A DNA stretch of 64,000 nucleotides from Nostoc sp. (GTDB lineage: Bacteria; Cyanobacteriota; Cyanobacteriia; Cyanobacteriales; Nostocaceae). Shown here piece after piece: positions 30,467 to 40,249 of this stretch. The DNA lies in contig JBALDB010000008.1 of NCBI GenBank assembly GCA_036918135.1, positions 1 through 64,000 on the forward strand, written 5' to 3'. The notes beneath the pieces were generated by a model. It ran no database searches, had not been told where the DNA came from, and saw only the letters and a list, made by a program, of their open reading frames with translations. Position 1 is the stretch's first letter, and each line of letters starts with the position of its first letter. A program made the position numbers and the translations under genes.

Positions 30467-32296
30467 GTGCGCTTTCAATTTTTGGCGGTCGTGAAGGAAG
30501 TTGTGTTGCCCAGCTTTACTAAAGGTTCAAAGGAACAGGGATTTTCAGCAGGAACATACCTCGGCAACATCACCAAGTCTGTGCCAGATTTGGAGGCTTC
30601 CAATCAAGCGTCCCACTTGTCTAAAAGGAATGTGTTACCTAAAGGTCGCTTAGGTGAGAATGTAATGATGGCGATCGCCGGTTCAATGGCTATAACCATT
30701 GTATCTGTGCCAAAAGCCACCGCCCAGATTCCTTTTTTACCTCAATTACAAGCTCCCAGCGCTGTGAGCAATGATTTCAATAACAGAGTGGTTTCCGGCT
30801 GGATTTATTTGGATGGTCGTCGCTTGTTTCAAATAGCCGCATCAAGAACCAACTTTCCTGAGCGTTCAGAAGATATCCAAAAGAAATTGGAGACAATCGC
30901 CCAAAATTACTTTCAGTCACCAGCAAATACGCAAGTCAAGGTAGAAGTTCGCAAAGTAAACGAATTACCAGTAATTTATGTCAACGGCCAATATTTGATG
31001 ACCATTACTTCTGAGGATGCTGAACTGCGACAGGTAGATATATCGACATCGGCAAATCAAATTGCTGACTCCTTACAAGAAGACTTACAACAGGCAAAAC
31101 AAGAGAGACAAACTCAATTTTTAATCGACCAAGGTAAAATTGCTGCGGCTAGCGGACTGGCAATGATTGTCATAAGTTGCGGAGTATATACCTGGCAGCG
31201 ACGTTCCAAAAAGAATTCAGATGTTACCTCCCAAGCCGAAAACGGACTCTTAGACTCTCCAACTTCCCCAGCAGGTCAACCTATTACAACGCAACTAAAT
31301 CAACGGCAACACCGACATCTGCAAGAAGCCAAGAGGCGATTGTTCCAACTAACTCAAGCAGCAATTTGGGGAGGTGGAAGTTTCTTTATCTTGGGTTTAT
31401 TTCCCTACACACGAGGATTTCAGGTGGCGATTCTCACTGCTGCCCAATTTCCTTTGCGATTAGGTTTTGTGGTACTGGTAACTTATGTGGCTATTCGTCT
31501 CAGCTATGCCTTGATTGACCGCTTTGCCTCCACTCTGATCAGCAGTGGTGCTTTCCTGACCCCAGAAGCTTCGGTACGTCTGCAATTGCGAGTTTCCACA
31601 TTTTCTGGTGTGACTAAAAGTATTGCTACAATTATCTGGGTGGGAATTGGCATCTTACTAGCTCTGGTTTCCTTGGGTATAGATATCGTTCCCTTACTAG
31701 CCGGTGCCAGTTTAGTGGGTGTTGCTGTGTCCTTAGCTTCGCAAAACTTGATTAAAGATGCGATTAACGGTTTCTTGATTATCATAGAAGACCAGTACGC
31801 TTTAGGCGATGTGATTAATGTCGGAAATGTGGGAGGCTTAGTAGAAAATTTGAATCTGCGGATGACCCAAGTGCGGGATTCCGAAGGGCGCTTAATCACG
31901 ATTCCCAACAGTGAAGTTAAAGTTGTTGCTAATCTTTCTAGTCGTTGGTCGCGAGCCGATTTAACAATTCCTATCGCTTACCAAGCTGATACAGAAGAGG
32001 CTTTGAAGTTAATTGCAACTGTTGCAGACAAGATGAGTCAAGAACAGCAATGGCAGCCTCAAATGTTAGAATCACCGCAAGTTTTGGGAATAGATCAATT
32101 TGGCGATCGCGGTTTGATTATTCGTGTCTGGATTAAAACGCAGCCCCTAAAGCAATGGGATGTAGCACGGGAGTTTCGCCGCCGTCTGAAAATCGCTTTA
32201 GACGAAGCCGGAATTTCTATTTCCGTACCTCAACAAGCGATTTGGGTAAATGACGATCAATTCTTAAATTACCAAGGTAACGGCAAAGGTAATTAG
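30467..32296 (+). CDS. MscS-family mechanosensitive channel with large periplasmic N-terminus
   Basis: AAGGAGGT RBS before GTG; LASQNLIKDAING...GDVINVGNVGGLVENLNLRMTQVRD...IPNS MscS core. Confidence 0.92.
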   Translation: MRFQFLAVVKEVVLPSFTKGSKEQGFSAGTYLGNITKSVPDLEASNQASHLSKRNVLPKGRLGENVMMAIAGSMAITIVSVPKATAQIPFLPQLQAPSAVSNDFNNRVVSGWIYLDGRRLFQIAASRTNFPERSEDIQKKLETIAQNYFQSPANTQVKVEVRKVNELPVIYVNGQYLMTITSEDAELRQVDISTSANQIADSLQEDLQQAKQERQTQFLIDQGKIAAASGLAMIVISCGVYTWQRRSKKNSDVTSQAENGLLDSPTSPAGQPITTQLNQRQHRHLQEAKRRLFQLTQAAIWGGGSFFILGLFPYTRGFQVAILTAAQFPLRLGFVVLVTYVAIRLSYALIDRFASTLISSGAFLTPEASVRLQLRVSTFSGVTKSIATIIWVGIGILLALVSLGIDIVPLLAGASLVGVAVSLASQNLIKDAINGFLIIIEDQYALGDVINVGNVGGLVENLNLRMTQVRDSEGRLITIPNSEVKVVANLSSRWSRADLTIPIAYQADTEEALKLIATVADKMSQEQQWQPQMLESPQVLGIDQFGDRGLIIRVWIKTQPLKQWDVAREFRRRLKIALDEAGISISVPQQAIWVNDDQFLNYQGNGKGN

Positions 32297-32559
32297 GAAC
32301 AGGGAGCAGAGGGACGACAGAGGGGAGAATAAAATAACCCCTCTGTGGGGAGATGAGGAGATAGAGAAGTGTGGGGAGTGTGGGAACAGAGGGCGGAACT
32401 TCCTGTGTCAACACTCAAGACTTCCAATGGTCTTTGTCCCATACCCAATACTAAATTAGTACAAATATACTATAATATAGATAGCGTTCACAAAGCCTAG
32501 CTATAAAGCATAACGGCTGCGTGAAAACTTTCTGGAAGATGGGTTAAAGGGTTAGTTCG

Positions 32560-32823
32560 ATGATGAAGCATTATATTCTCAACCTCAATCCGACTGCCAA
32601 GCATGAATGGGATCGGTGCATATTACGTGACCCACTGACAGCCAAGCGTCCGGACATTGCCAAATTAATTGCCGAAGCCGTTGGTGCAGATACAGGTAGT
32701 TATTTGGTGAGTGTAAATATCGAAGTTCAAGTGTTAGAACAAGCTGCGGTACCTCAAGCCGAACAACTCTCGCTTTCATTTCCAGAGGTGAGTGTGCCCT
32801 CACAATTGCGAGAAGTGGCTTGA
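32560..32823 (+). CDS. Hypothetical protein
   Basis: 87-aa ORF of normal composition downstream of mscS with its own upstream region. Confidence 0.7.
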   Translation: MMKHYILNLNPTAKHEWDRCILRDPLTAKRPDIAKLIAEAVGADTGSYLVSVNIEVQVLEQAAVPQAEQLSLSFPEVSVPSQLREVA

Positions 32824-32879
32824 GGTACAAAGCAGGTCACAATAGACGCTGTTGGGTTATGTTTGGCTTAACCCAACTT

Positions 32880-33760
32880 TAATCTAGTGTGGTAAAGTTT
32901 ACCTAGAGAAGACGACTTTCTAGATTAGCCAAGTAAGCCTTAAGATCTGTGCGAAATCGATACTGTTCAATTCTGGCTTTGTGGTGTTTTTGCAATTGAG
33001 AGCGTAATTCGAGCCAAGTATAAATATCAACTTGTGCTAAATCAGATGCGGTTAAAGAATGAAGCGAAGTTGCGATGTCTACGACGGGCTACGCCTACGC
33101 ACAGGCAAGTTTGACAGAACCACGAATAACGAGGGATGAGGGGGCAACCTTACGACCGGTACAACGACGTTGATGATGACGTAGCATACCAAAAGCATGT
33201 TCTAAGTCATTATTAGTTCTGGGAAAATCTTCAATTTCGTAACAATGAAAAAGTCCAGACCAGTAGCTATGGGTGGTTTTTATAAAGTTATCGATTGCAG
33301 TGTTCAGCGTACCAGCTTTCTGCTTTTGTTGGGACATTTCTGTTAACAGTTGCTGATAACTTTGTTTGACTCCAGCAGCATCAAGACCTGTTTTATTATT
33401 GAGAATATTACTAGCTTTATCAACCCACTCATATGGAACCATAACAGGTGCTTTCTAAGGATGCAGTTGCAGATAATCCCTTGGCTATCAGGTGTTTTAG
33501 GTTGACTAAGGGTGGTGGTAAAGCACTTTTTTTTCCATCCGTTCTAAGCTTTGCTCTATTAGCGTCAAATTTTCTTGTAACTTTAATCCAGATGCCTCTA
33601 ACGGTGGATGACCATCATTAGTTATAGAACTACGTACTGCCGAGCAATAATCTTCAATAATAGTCGCCATTTCCCGATCTTCATTGGCAGCATTAGAGTA
33701 CTTCAAACGATGTTGCCTCTGGTTTTAGACAATTTCATGCCAAGTTTTTGCACCATTATT
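32880..33760 (-). pseudogene. Degraded transposase (ISNCY-like, two-ORF frameshift type)
   Basis: YWSGLFHCY...PRTNNDLEHAFG...RRCTGRK and EDYCSAVRSSITNDGHPPLEASG; broken by deletions and a HIP1-site insertion. Confidence 0.75.
33072..33100. repeat. 21-bp SDR5-like insertion in a HIP1 site
   Basis: GCGAT[gtctacgacgggctacgccta]CGC. Confidence 0.8.
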
Positions 33761-33834
33761 TCGCTACAAGGTCAAGATTACACGATTTCCACTCTTCTCT
33801 AGTAAGTTTTTCCACGCTAGGTTGGCATCAAGCG

Positions 33835-33959
33835 GAGTACCAAGGGTAAAAATGCGATCGCCTACTTTCGCAGAGCCAGCAGCTAAGGTAAGTGTATGCA
33901 AGTTATTTTGATTGTGAATTTTCAGCACTGCTAAAGTCGACAAGGTACTTTTTCGCCAT
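33835..33959 (-). pseudogene. Trypsin-like serine protease fragment joined to a possible IS630 5' stub (MAKKYLVD)
   Basis: LAVLKIHNQNNLHTLTLAAGSAKVGDRIFTLGTPL resembles the HtrA-type DLAxLK...VGD...LGxP motif. Confidence 0.5.
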
Positions 33960-33995
33960 GTTACACCCCGTTTTTGGCTAGTTTACCAATTAGAG

Positions 33996-34694
33996 GTGTT
34001 ACTTAGCTCGCGTTACCTTGGCAGACTACTAGAGGAGATGGGGAATACCATAGTGAGTGTGGGTGATGCAGCTGATGAAGGGGCTTCTCAATGGATGAAG
34101 GCGACTGGTATTGCTATTAACGAGGAGCATTATCGTCAAGTTGCCAGCGCTAAAGATATTGATAGGAGGACTTACACCAGTCGGCAGCACCAGGACTATC
34201 TCAAGCCCGAAGAGGTACTGGAGTGTGAGAAATTCCGCATCCAAGACACCTACGGCATGAGCGTTACTCCTTCTTTGGTTGAGAAAGATGACTCTGGAAA
34301 GTTAATTAAAAAAATTGTCGCATTAGAGGCAATACTGTCAGAACCTGGGGAGGCGTTCGTCGTTCGCGTTAGCGTCTCCGAAGGAGAAGACGTTGCCGAA
34401 GGCATCGCTGATGAACATGGCAGGAAATTTGCGATCCCGCCTACTGTTGTAGTGGAGCAGGATAAATCGGAGCGCTTACGCTTGTCCATCTGTACTGACT
34501 GGAGTAACCATTCTACCGCTTGGTTGATGCGTCATCGGCTGGAATTGAGAGAGATCTTAGTAGAGCTGATGGCTGGGGCAGAGGTGACAGGGAATGAACA
34601 GATGCTTGAAGCTCTGGCGGAGTTCTCGAAACGCAATGCATCTCATAAGCAAGCAATATATTACTCTCTACAATTAAAATGTAACAATTTGTAA
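33996..34694 (+). pseudogene. C-terminal fragment of a cyanobacterial plasmid replication (CyRepA1/DUF3854-associated) protein
   Basis: VASAKDID...EKFRIQDTYGMSVTPSLVEKDDSG pattern; no N-terminus; 3' end runs into unrelated AT-rich DNA. Confidence 0.55.
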
Positions 34695-35030
34695 ATAATT
34701 GTCTAAATCTTTCTAAATTCACCTGACAAATTTATAGCAAGTTAAATACAAGAGTTTGAAAGAACATGTCAAATGCGTCACAAAGCCGTTCTAGTAGTTC
34801 GACAAGGAAAGTTGGCAATTTATTGGATAAGGGGAAAACAGGCGCATGTTTTTAATCTCTTTCCCTTTAATATGCACCCCTTTCCCCAACCCTCACTCAG
34901 CATTTTAGGTTAACAGACCACTAGAATGGCTGGGTGGTGAAGTGGACTTGATTGTATTTGTACAAGACACGATCGGTCTTAGGCTTAATTCCGAGCAATA
35001 ATTTTGGGTTCTTAGGCAAAGCTTTCAATC

Positions 35031-35708
35031 ATGACTAATTCCACCTTTAATCAGACTAGCAGTATGGATACATTAGACAAGCAGCTTTGCCAGCTTGTTA
35101 TAGAAACCTGTCACCATCCACGCTTTAGCCTAGAACGTCAAAAAGGACTCAATGAAATTGTTTGGAGGATTCAACAATCAGGTAAACTCCTGTCACATAT
35201 AGGTGTGCCTGACTATGAAGATGCAATCCAGCAAACCTGGCTGTACTTCTGCCGCAATTTGTGTGAAGCTACAACAGGCGATGCTTACAATCCAGAACAG
35301 GCAAGCGTCATCACCTGGCTCAACGCTTATCTCAAACACAGACTTAAGGACATCCGTATCAAAGCAGCGTCAAACGCGATCGCTACTTACACTCACTTAT
35401 CCGATTTCGATCGATCGCCAGATCCTATAAACAGCATACCCGCGCCACCAGCTGTACCACCTATTCTAGAAGACATTCTGGAATGGGTTGAGCTTGAGGG
35501 CAGTTTACTGCGTAGCATCTACCTGCGCGATCGCCCAGACATTAACTGTCAAGTCTTGATTCAACGCCGCTTACCTCCTGAAACAACTTGGGAGGAATTA
35601 GCTAAAGAATTTGGAGTAGGAATTTCCTCTGTGAGCAAATTCTACCAACGAGAATGCTTTAGGTGTCTGCTAAATTTTGGCAAATCACAGGGCTACCTAG
35701 AATCCTAA
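35031..35708 (+). CDS. Sigma-70-family (ECF-like) RNA polymerase sigma factor
   Basis: YEDAIQQTWLYFCRNL...SVITWLNAYLKHRLKD (region 2) and TWEELAKEFGVGISSVSKFYQR (region 4 HTH). Confidence 0.85.
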   Translation: MTNSTFNQTSSMDTLDKQLCQLVIETCHHPRFSLERQKGLNEIVWRIQQSGKLLSHIGVPDYEDAIQQTWLYFCRNLCEATTGDAYNPEQASVITWLNAYLKHRLKDIRIKAASNAIATYTHLSDFDRSPDPINSIPAPPAVPPILEDILEWVELEGSLLRSIYLRDRPDINCQVLIQRRLPPETTWEELAKEFGVGISSVSKFYQRECFRCLLNFGKSQGYLES

Positions 35709-35738
35709 AAATTTATAAATTTAGACTTCACATTCAGT

Positions 35739-36191
35739 ATGTCTAATGAATTAAGGCAAATTATCTCAGCACCCCAGGATCGCCTAACAAGAAAGTTTTA
35801 CCAGGAAGTTCAGGCGCGTGAAGCTTGGTTCTATTATTGTCTGCGGTATCACATAACATCTGTGAACCATCAGTCAGAACTACGCCGAATGCGAGACGAG
35901 CCTAATATTTTGGGTTGGTTTAATCGCAATCGTACTAATAAGACATCTATGGCTTTTTTTTGGCTTCAGATGAATTTGGCAGGTGGATATATGTGTGGCT
36001 TCTTGGGTAGTTTTAGTCAAAACAACCTCTCCTCGTCTTCTTTACCTCCAACTCACTATACACAACAGCCTCATACCCAATATCAAAGCCATCTGTTTTG
36101 TCTAGCCTATGAGAAACCTAGTTTTAAGGTAAAGAGTGCAAATGTTTTCTCTCTATCATGGGTTACATCCTTAAGACTTACACTTTTTTAG
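35739..36191 (+). CDS. Hypothetical protein with possible degenerate sigma region-2-like segment
   Basis: 150-aa ORF spaced about 30 nt from both neighbours; EAWFYYCLR...NILGWFN. Confidence 0.45.
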   Translation: MSNELRQIISAPQDRLTRKFYQEVQAREAWFYYCLRYHITSVNHQSELRRMRDEPNILGWFNRNRTNKTSMAFFWLQMNLAGGYMCGFLGSFSQNNLSSSSLPPTHYTQQPHTQYQSHLFCLAYEKPSFKVKSANVFSLSWVTSLRLTLF

Positions 36192-36221
36192 CTTTTATTC
36201 TCCTTAAACTTATATCCTTCC

Positions 36222-37328
36222 ATGACTTTGACAAACGCTAAAGACATTACAATCTCTATTCCCATTTCTCAGACAGAGCGTCGAACAGCACAGCAATTCG
36301 CCGATGAGCAACCTACACCTAAAAAGGCTACTCAAGTATACATGAATACTTTAGCTGTACTTGTAGTGCGTAAATACTTGGAAATACTCGATATTCCTAC
36401 CGAGTTAGAAGCTAGCTATAGCTGGAATCCTGTTGGGCGACTGTGTTCTGATGTCGCTGACTTGAAAGTAACACAAATCGGCCACCTAGAGTGTCGCCCG
36501 ATTCCAAATTGCGAACGCACCTGTTACATTCCGCCCGATACTTGGTCAGACCGAATTGGTTACGTCCTTGTACTCTTCGATAAGACTTGCTTGGAAGCAA
36601 CAGTCTTGGGTTTTGTACCAACAGTATCGCAGCAACTGCTGACTATCGAACAGTTGCAACCACTTGAAGCATTACTCATCCGCTTGCATCAAAAAGAAAC
36701 TAGATTAGTGCGATTGAGTCAATGGTTTGACAACGTTTTTGAGGCAGGTTGGCAAACATTTGCAGAACTTCTGGACAACAAAAACACCGATCCAGCTTTA
36801 GCATTTCGCACTCTTTCGGTTAGAGGAGTTGACCTAGACGACTCCAAAACCCTTAGACAAATGGTTGAGCAGTTATATGTCAGTCTCAATAGCACCCTTG
36901 AAAACGAGGACTTGACTACAGCTTTAATTCACCTGCTGCATACTACACAGGATCAAGAAGTTCGTTGGACAGCAGCAGAGCTACTGTGGGCCATCGCTCC
37001 TCACCATCCGGCAGCAGGCGTGAGAAGAGTGATGGATTCGGGGATGCAGTTTGCTGGTCACGCTATTGCCCTAATGGTAGCAATTTTGCCTAACAAAGAA
37101 CAGCGAGTAGGAGTTCTCCTGCGGTTGTACCCAATGGGTAGGGAACGTTATCTACCAACAGGTCTGCAACTAACCGGACTAGATGAGTCTGGCAATGTCT
37201 TTTTGGACACACAAGCTAGAAGACGAGATGACTATATTCAGATCAAATTCTCTGCTGAATTTGGGGAACGATTCAGCATCAGAGTATCGCTGGATAATAC
37301 TAGCCTCACAGAAAACTTTATCATTTAG
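36222..37328 (+). CDS. DUF1822-family protein (putative anti-sigma) with HEAT-like insert
   Basis: AQQFA...QVYMNTLAVLVV, SYSWNP, LECRP, DRIGYV, LSQWF...GWQ, LRLYP...LPTGLQL and DYIQIKF...GERFSI...ENFII motifs. Confidence 0.9.
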   Translation: MTLTNAKDITISIPISQTERRTAQQFADEQPTPKKATQVYMNTLAVLVVRKYLEILDIPTELEASYSWNPVGRLCSDVADLKVTQIGHLECRPIPNCERTCYIPPDTWSDRIGYVLVLFDKTCLEATVLGFVPTVSQQLLTIEQLQPLEALLIRLHQKETRLVRLSQWFDNVFEAGWQTFAELLDNKNTDPALAFRTLSVRGVDLDDSKTLRQMVEQLYVSLNSTLENEDLTTALIHLLHTTQDQEVRWTAAELLWAIAPHHPAAGVRRVMDSGMQFAGHAIALMVAILPNKEQRVGVLLRLYPMGRERYLPTGLQLTGLDESGNVFLDTQARRRDDYIQIKFSAEFGERFSIRVSLDNTSLTENFII

Positions 37329-37353
37329 TTTGGAATTAAGCCAAGGACTGATT

Positions 37354-39813
37354 GTGGGTAAGCTAGTTGTTTTCAAAATTGGTGAGGGTAATTTTGAGCA
37401 GGGTTTTCCAGTCATACTTCAGATTGGAGAAGAGGGTCAACAGAGTATCACAGAAATTGCAGGCAGGTTCCCCCCAGCCCCCGAAATTCCCGATCTTTAT
37501 CACCGCTGGCAAACTGCTTACTATAGTTTGGGAGGAATGCGAATAGAGGTTCCCCCGCAAATCACGAACGTTTCCAGTGTGGACGAGTGTGAGTATGCGG
37601 CTTGTACACTTCAAGCTAGATTTCACGAATGGCTCAACCAAACACCTATTCGAGATTTGCGAGAACAAGTGCAGGAAGAAGTCAGACAAGATCAGCCGAC
37701 GCGGGTTATCCTGCAAACTCAAGATATGCTACTTGCCAAGCTGCCTTGGCATTTGTGGAATTTATTTGAGCGCCGCCCCAAGGCAGAAATGGCCCTCAGT
37801 GCTAAGTACGCCCTACCAGCTCAACCTCTAAGAAATCCGGTGAGAATCTTGGCAATCTTAGGCAGTGGTTCAGGCATTGATGTTCAGCAAGACCGAGAGC
37901 TACTAGAGCGGTTACCAAGAGCAAAAGTTACTCTGCTCTCAAAACCCCGACGACAAGAACTTTCAGACCAACTGTGGAACCAACCTTGGGATATTCTCTT
38001 TTTTGCAGGTCACAGTAGAACCAGAGAGGGGGGCGGACAAATTCAGATCAACGACACCGAGAATCTACCGCTTGACGAGGTGCGATATGCCTTAAAATGT
38101 GCCGTGCGAAATGGCTTGAAGCTAGCAATTTTCAACTCTTGTGATGGGCTAGGATTAGCACGCTCTTTGACAGATTTACAAATTCCCCAAGTAATTGTGA
38201 TGCGGGAGCCTGTACCCGATGCGGTGGCGCAGGTATTTTTGCGGTACTTCCTGAAGACGTTTTCCCAAGGTGAATCGTTTTACCTGTCGGTGCGAAAAGC
38301 ACGCGAACAGTTGCAGGGGATAGAAGGAGAATTTCTGTGTGCATCTTGGTTGCCGGTGATTTATCAAAATCCCGCCGAAAAGGATACGAATTTCCGCTGG
38401 CCCAAGTCATATAAAATACCTCTACTCCTATTGCTGCTTACAGGTTTAGGAATTGCCGCTTGCTTGGCGATCGCATGGCTGTTCCTCAAACCAGACCGCA
38501 CTAGCTTAGGAGAGCAGATTCTAGTAGATGGAGTTACAAATGCCGATAAGGAAGCAGGAGTTAAAGAATTTCGTGCCCATAATTTTGTAACTGCGAAGAA
38601 TAATTTTCAGAAGTCACTACAACAAAATCACAACGACCCAGAAGCGTTGATTTACTGGAATAATGCCAAAGTTGGTAATGGCAGTGCGCTAAAAATTGCT
38701 GTCAGTGTTCCGATTGGCAGTAATCCCAACGTGGCAGAGGAAATTTTACGGGGAGTGGCTCAGGCGCAGGATGAGGTAAATCGCAACGGTGGCATCAAAG
38801 GCAAGCCGTTGCTCTTGGAGATTGCTAACGATCAAAATAGTCCTGAAGTAAGCATGGGACTTGCACATGAGTTTGTCGAGGACAGTCAGATTCTAGCAGT
38901 GATTGGACATAACGCCAGTGATGTTTCCGTTGCTAGTGCTAAAGAGTACCAGGGAAAGTTGGTGATGATCTCGCCAACCAGTTTTGCCAAGAGTTTGACA
39001 GAAATTGGCGATCAAAAAAGTGACAACTATATATTTCGTACAGTTCCCGACATTCGCCTTATGGCAGATACCCTCTCTAATTACGCCATCAAGAAGGCGC
39101 ACAAAAAACGAATTGCCATGTGTTCCGATTTCAAAGCGGTAGACAATAAGTCATTCAGAACTGAGTTCACCTTCTCCATTGAACAGAATGGTGGCACGTT
39201 CATCCCTATCCCCTGTGATTTTTCGGCTCCTGATTTCAACGCAGATGCAGTGATAGCTCAAATCAACAAAGAAAATGTAGATGGCTTACTACTTGCCCCC
39301 CATGTTGACAAAATTGACCTTGCCCTAGCAGTGGCACATGCTAATAAAAGGCAACTAACCTTATTTGCTAGTCCCACCTTTTACACAGCCGAAACGCTCT
39401 TATCTGGGAAAGCAGATGTTAACGGTATGGTACTGGCAGTGCCTTGGCATATCTCGTCATCCTGTAGCGATCGCTTTACTAAGGATGCCACAAGACTCTG
39501 GGGTGGAGGAACGACTACTGTGACTTGGCGCACTGCTACAGCTTACGATGCCACACTCGTGATTGTTGATGGGTTAAAAAAGAGTGATGGCACACGAACA
39601 GGATTGCAAAAAGTTTTGTACAGATATTGGTTTGAGATGAGTGGGGCAACGGGAAAGGTGCGATTTTTACCATCGGGCGATCGTAGTGGCGGTACATCCC
39701 TAATAGTTCAGGTTCAACCTCAAAATCAATCGCCCACAGGCTACGATTTTGTCTTCCTGCATCAAAATAACTTGGGTAAGTTTACTTCTTGTATGGGTGT
39801 ATCTAGTCACTAA
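37354..39813 (+). CDS. CHAT (caspase-like) protease - TM helix - periplasmic branched-chain amino-acid-binding protein fusion
   Basis: GTG start with AAGGA RBS; FFAGHS and FNSCDG catalytic dyad; TM IPLLLLLLTGLGIAACLAIAWLFL; LRGVAQAQDEVNRNGGIKGK, ISPTS and YIFRTVP of LivK-type binding proteins. Confidence 0.9.
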   Translation: MGKLVVFKIGEGNFEQGFPVILQIGEEGQQSITEIAGRFPPAPEIPDLYHRWQTAYYSLGGMRIEVPPQITNVSSVDECEYAACTLQARFHEWLNQTPIRDLREQVQEEVRQDQPTRVILQTQDMLLAKLPWHLWNLFERRPKAEMALSAKYALPAQPLRNPVRILAILGSGSGIDVQQDRELLERLPRAKVTLLSKPRRQELSDQLWNQPWDILFFAGHSRTREGGGQIQINDTENLPLDEVRYALKCAVRNGLKLAIFNSCDGLGLARSLTDLQIPQVIVMREPVPDAVAQVFLRYFLKTFSQGESFYLSVRKAREQLQGIEGEFLCASWLPVIYQNPAEKDTNFRWPKSYKIPLLLLLLTGLGIAACLAIAWLFLKPDRTSLGEQILVDGVTNADKEAGVKEFRAHNFVTAKNNFQKSLQQNHNDPEALIYWNNAKVGNGSALKIAVSVPIGSNPNVAEEILRGVAQAQDEVNRNGGIKGKPLLLEIANDQNSPEVSMGLAHEFVEDSQILAVIGHNASDVSVASAKEYQGKLVMISPTSFAKSLTEIGDQKSDNYIFRTVPDIRLMADTLSNYAIKKAHKKRIAMCSDFKAVDNKSFRTEFTFSIEQNGGTFIPIPCDFSAPDFNADAVIAQINKENVDGLLLAPHVDKIDLALAVAHANKRQLTLFASPTFYTAETLLSGKADVNGMVLAVPWHISSSCSDRFTKDATRLWGGGTTTVTWRTATAYDATLVIVDGLKKSDGTRTGLQKVLYRYWFEMSGATGKVRFLPSGDRSGGTSLIVQVQPQNQSPTGYDFVFLHQNNLGKFTSCMGVSSH

Positions 39814-39922
39814 ATGCCAACAAAAGTATACCGCAACTATTTAGTATCCAAAGTCCAATAAAGCCACCCAAATTTCGACAAGACTAATTGAGAAACGTTT
39901 TTTTATTTTATAGAGATGAAAA

Positions 39923-40249
39923 ATGATAAATCAATTATTCAAGCTAATTATTAAATTATTAATAGCAATAGTAGGTGTCCAAATTTTTTTATTAGAACTA
40001 AAGCTACTCCAAGCCTTAATATCTCCTTGGTTAGTTTTATGGTTAATAAGTCCTGATAGAGTAGCATTTACTACGATTTTACCAATTGTAGGTGCAGTTG
40101 AAATTGCCTTGGTATGGCTATTAGTACTTTTCAATGATATCTCTGTTCGTCGAGGTATAATTATTAGTTTAGTCTTACTTATATTTGGAGGAATAAATTT
40201 TTTAATAATATATTATTTAACTTTTAATATTCATTTAACTCCAAAATAG
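39923..40249 (+). CDS. Small multi-TM hypothetical membrane protein
   Basis: 108 aa, three hydrophobic helices, very AT-rich. Confidence 0.55.
   Translation: MINQLFKLIIKLLIAIVGVQIFLLELKLLQALISPWLVLWLISPDRVAFTTILPIVGAVEIALVWLLVLFNDISVRRGIIISLVLLIFGGINFLIIYYLTFNIHLTPK

Noticed and set aside
37183..37353. Long N-terminal extension of the CHAT protein given by the ORF track
   Set aside because: It overlaps DUF1822 by about 145 bp; GTG at 37354 has an RBS and gives the family-typical MGKLVVFKIG start
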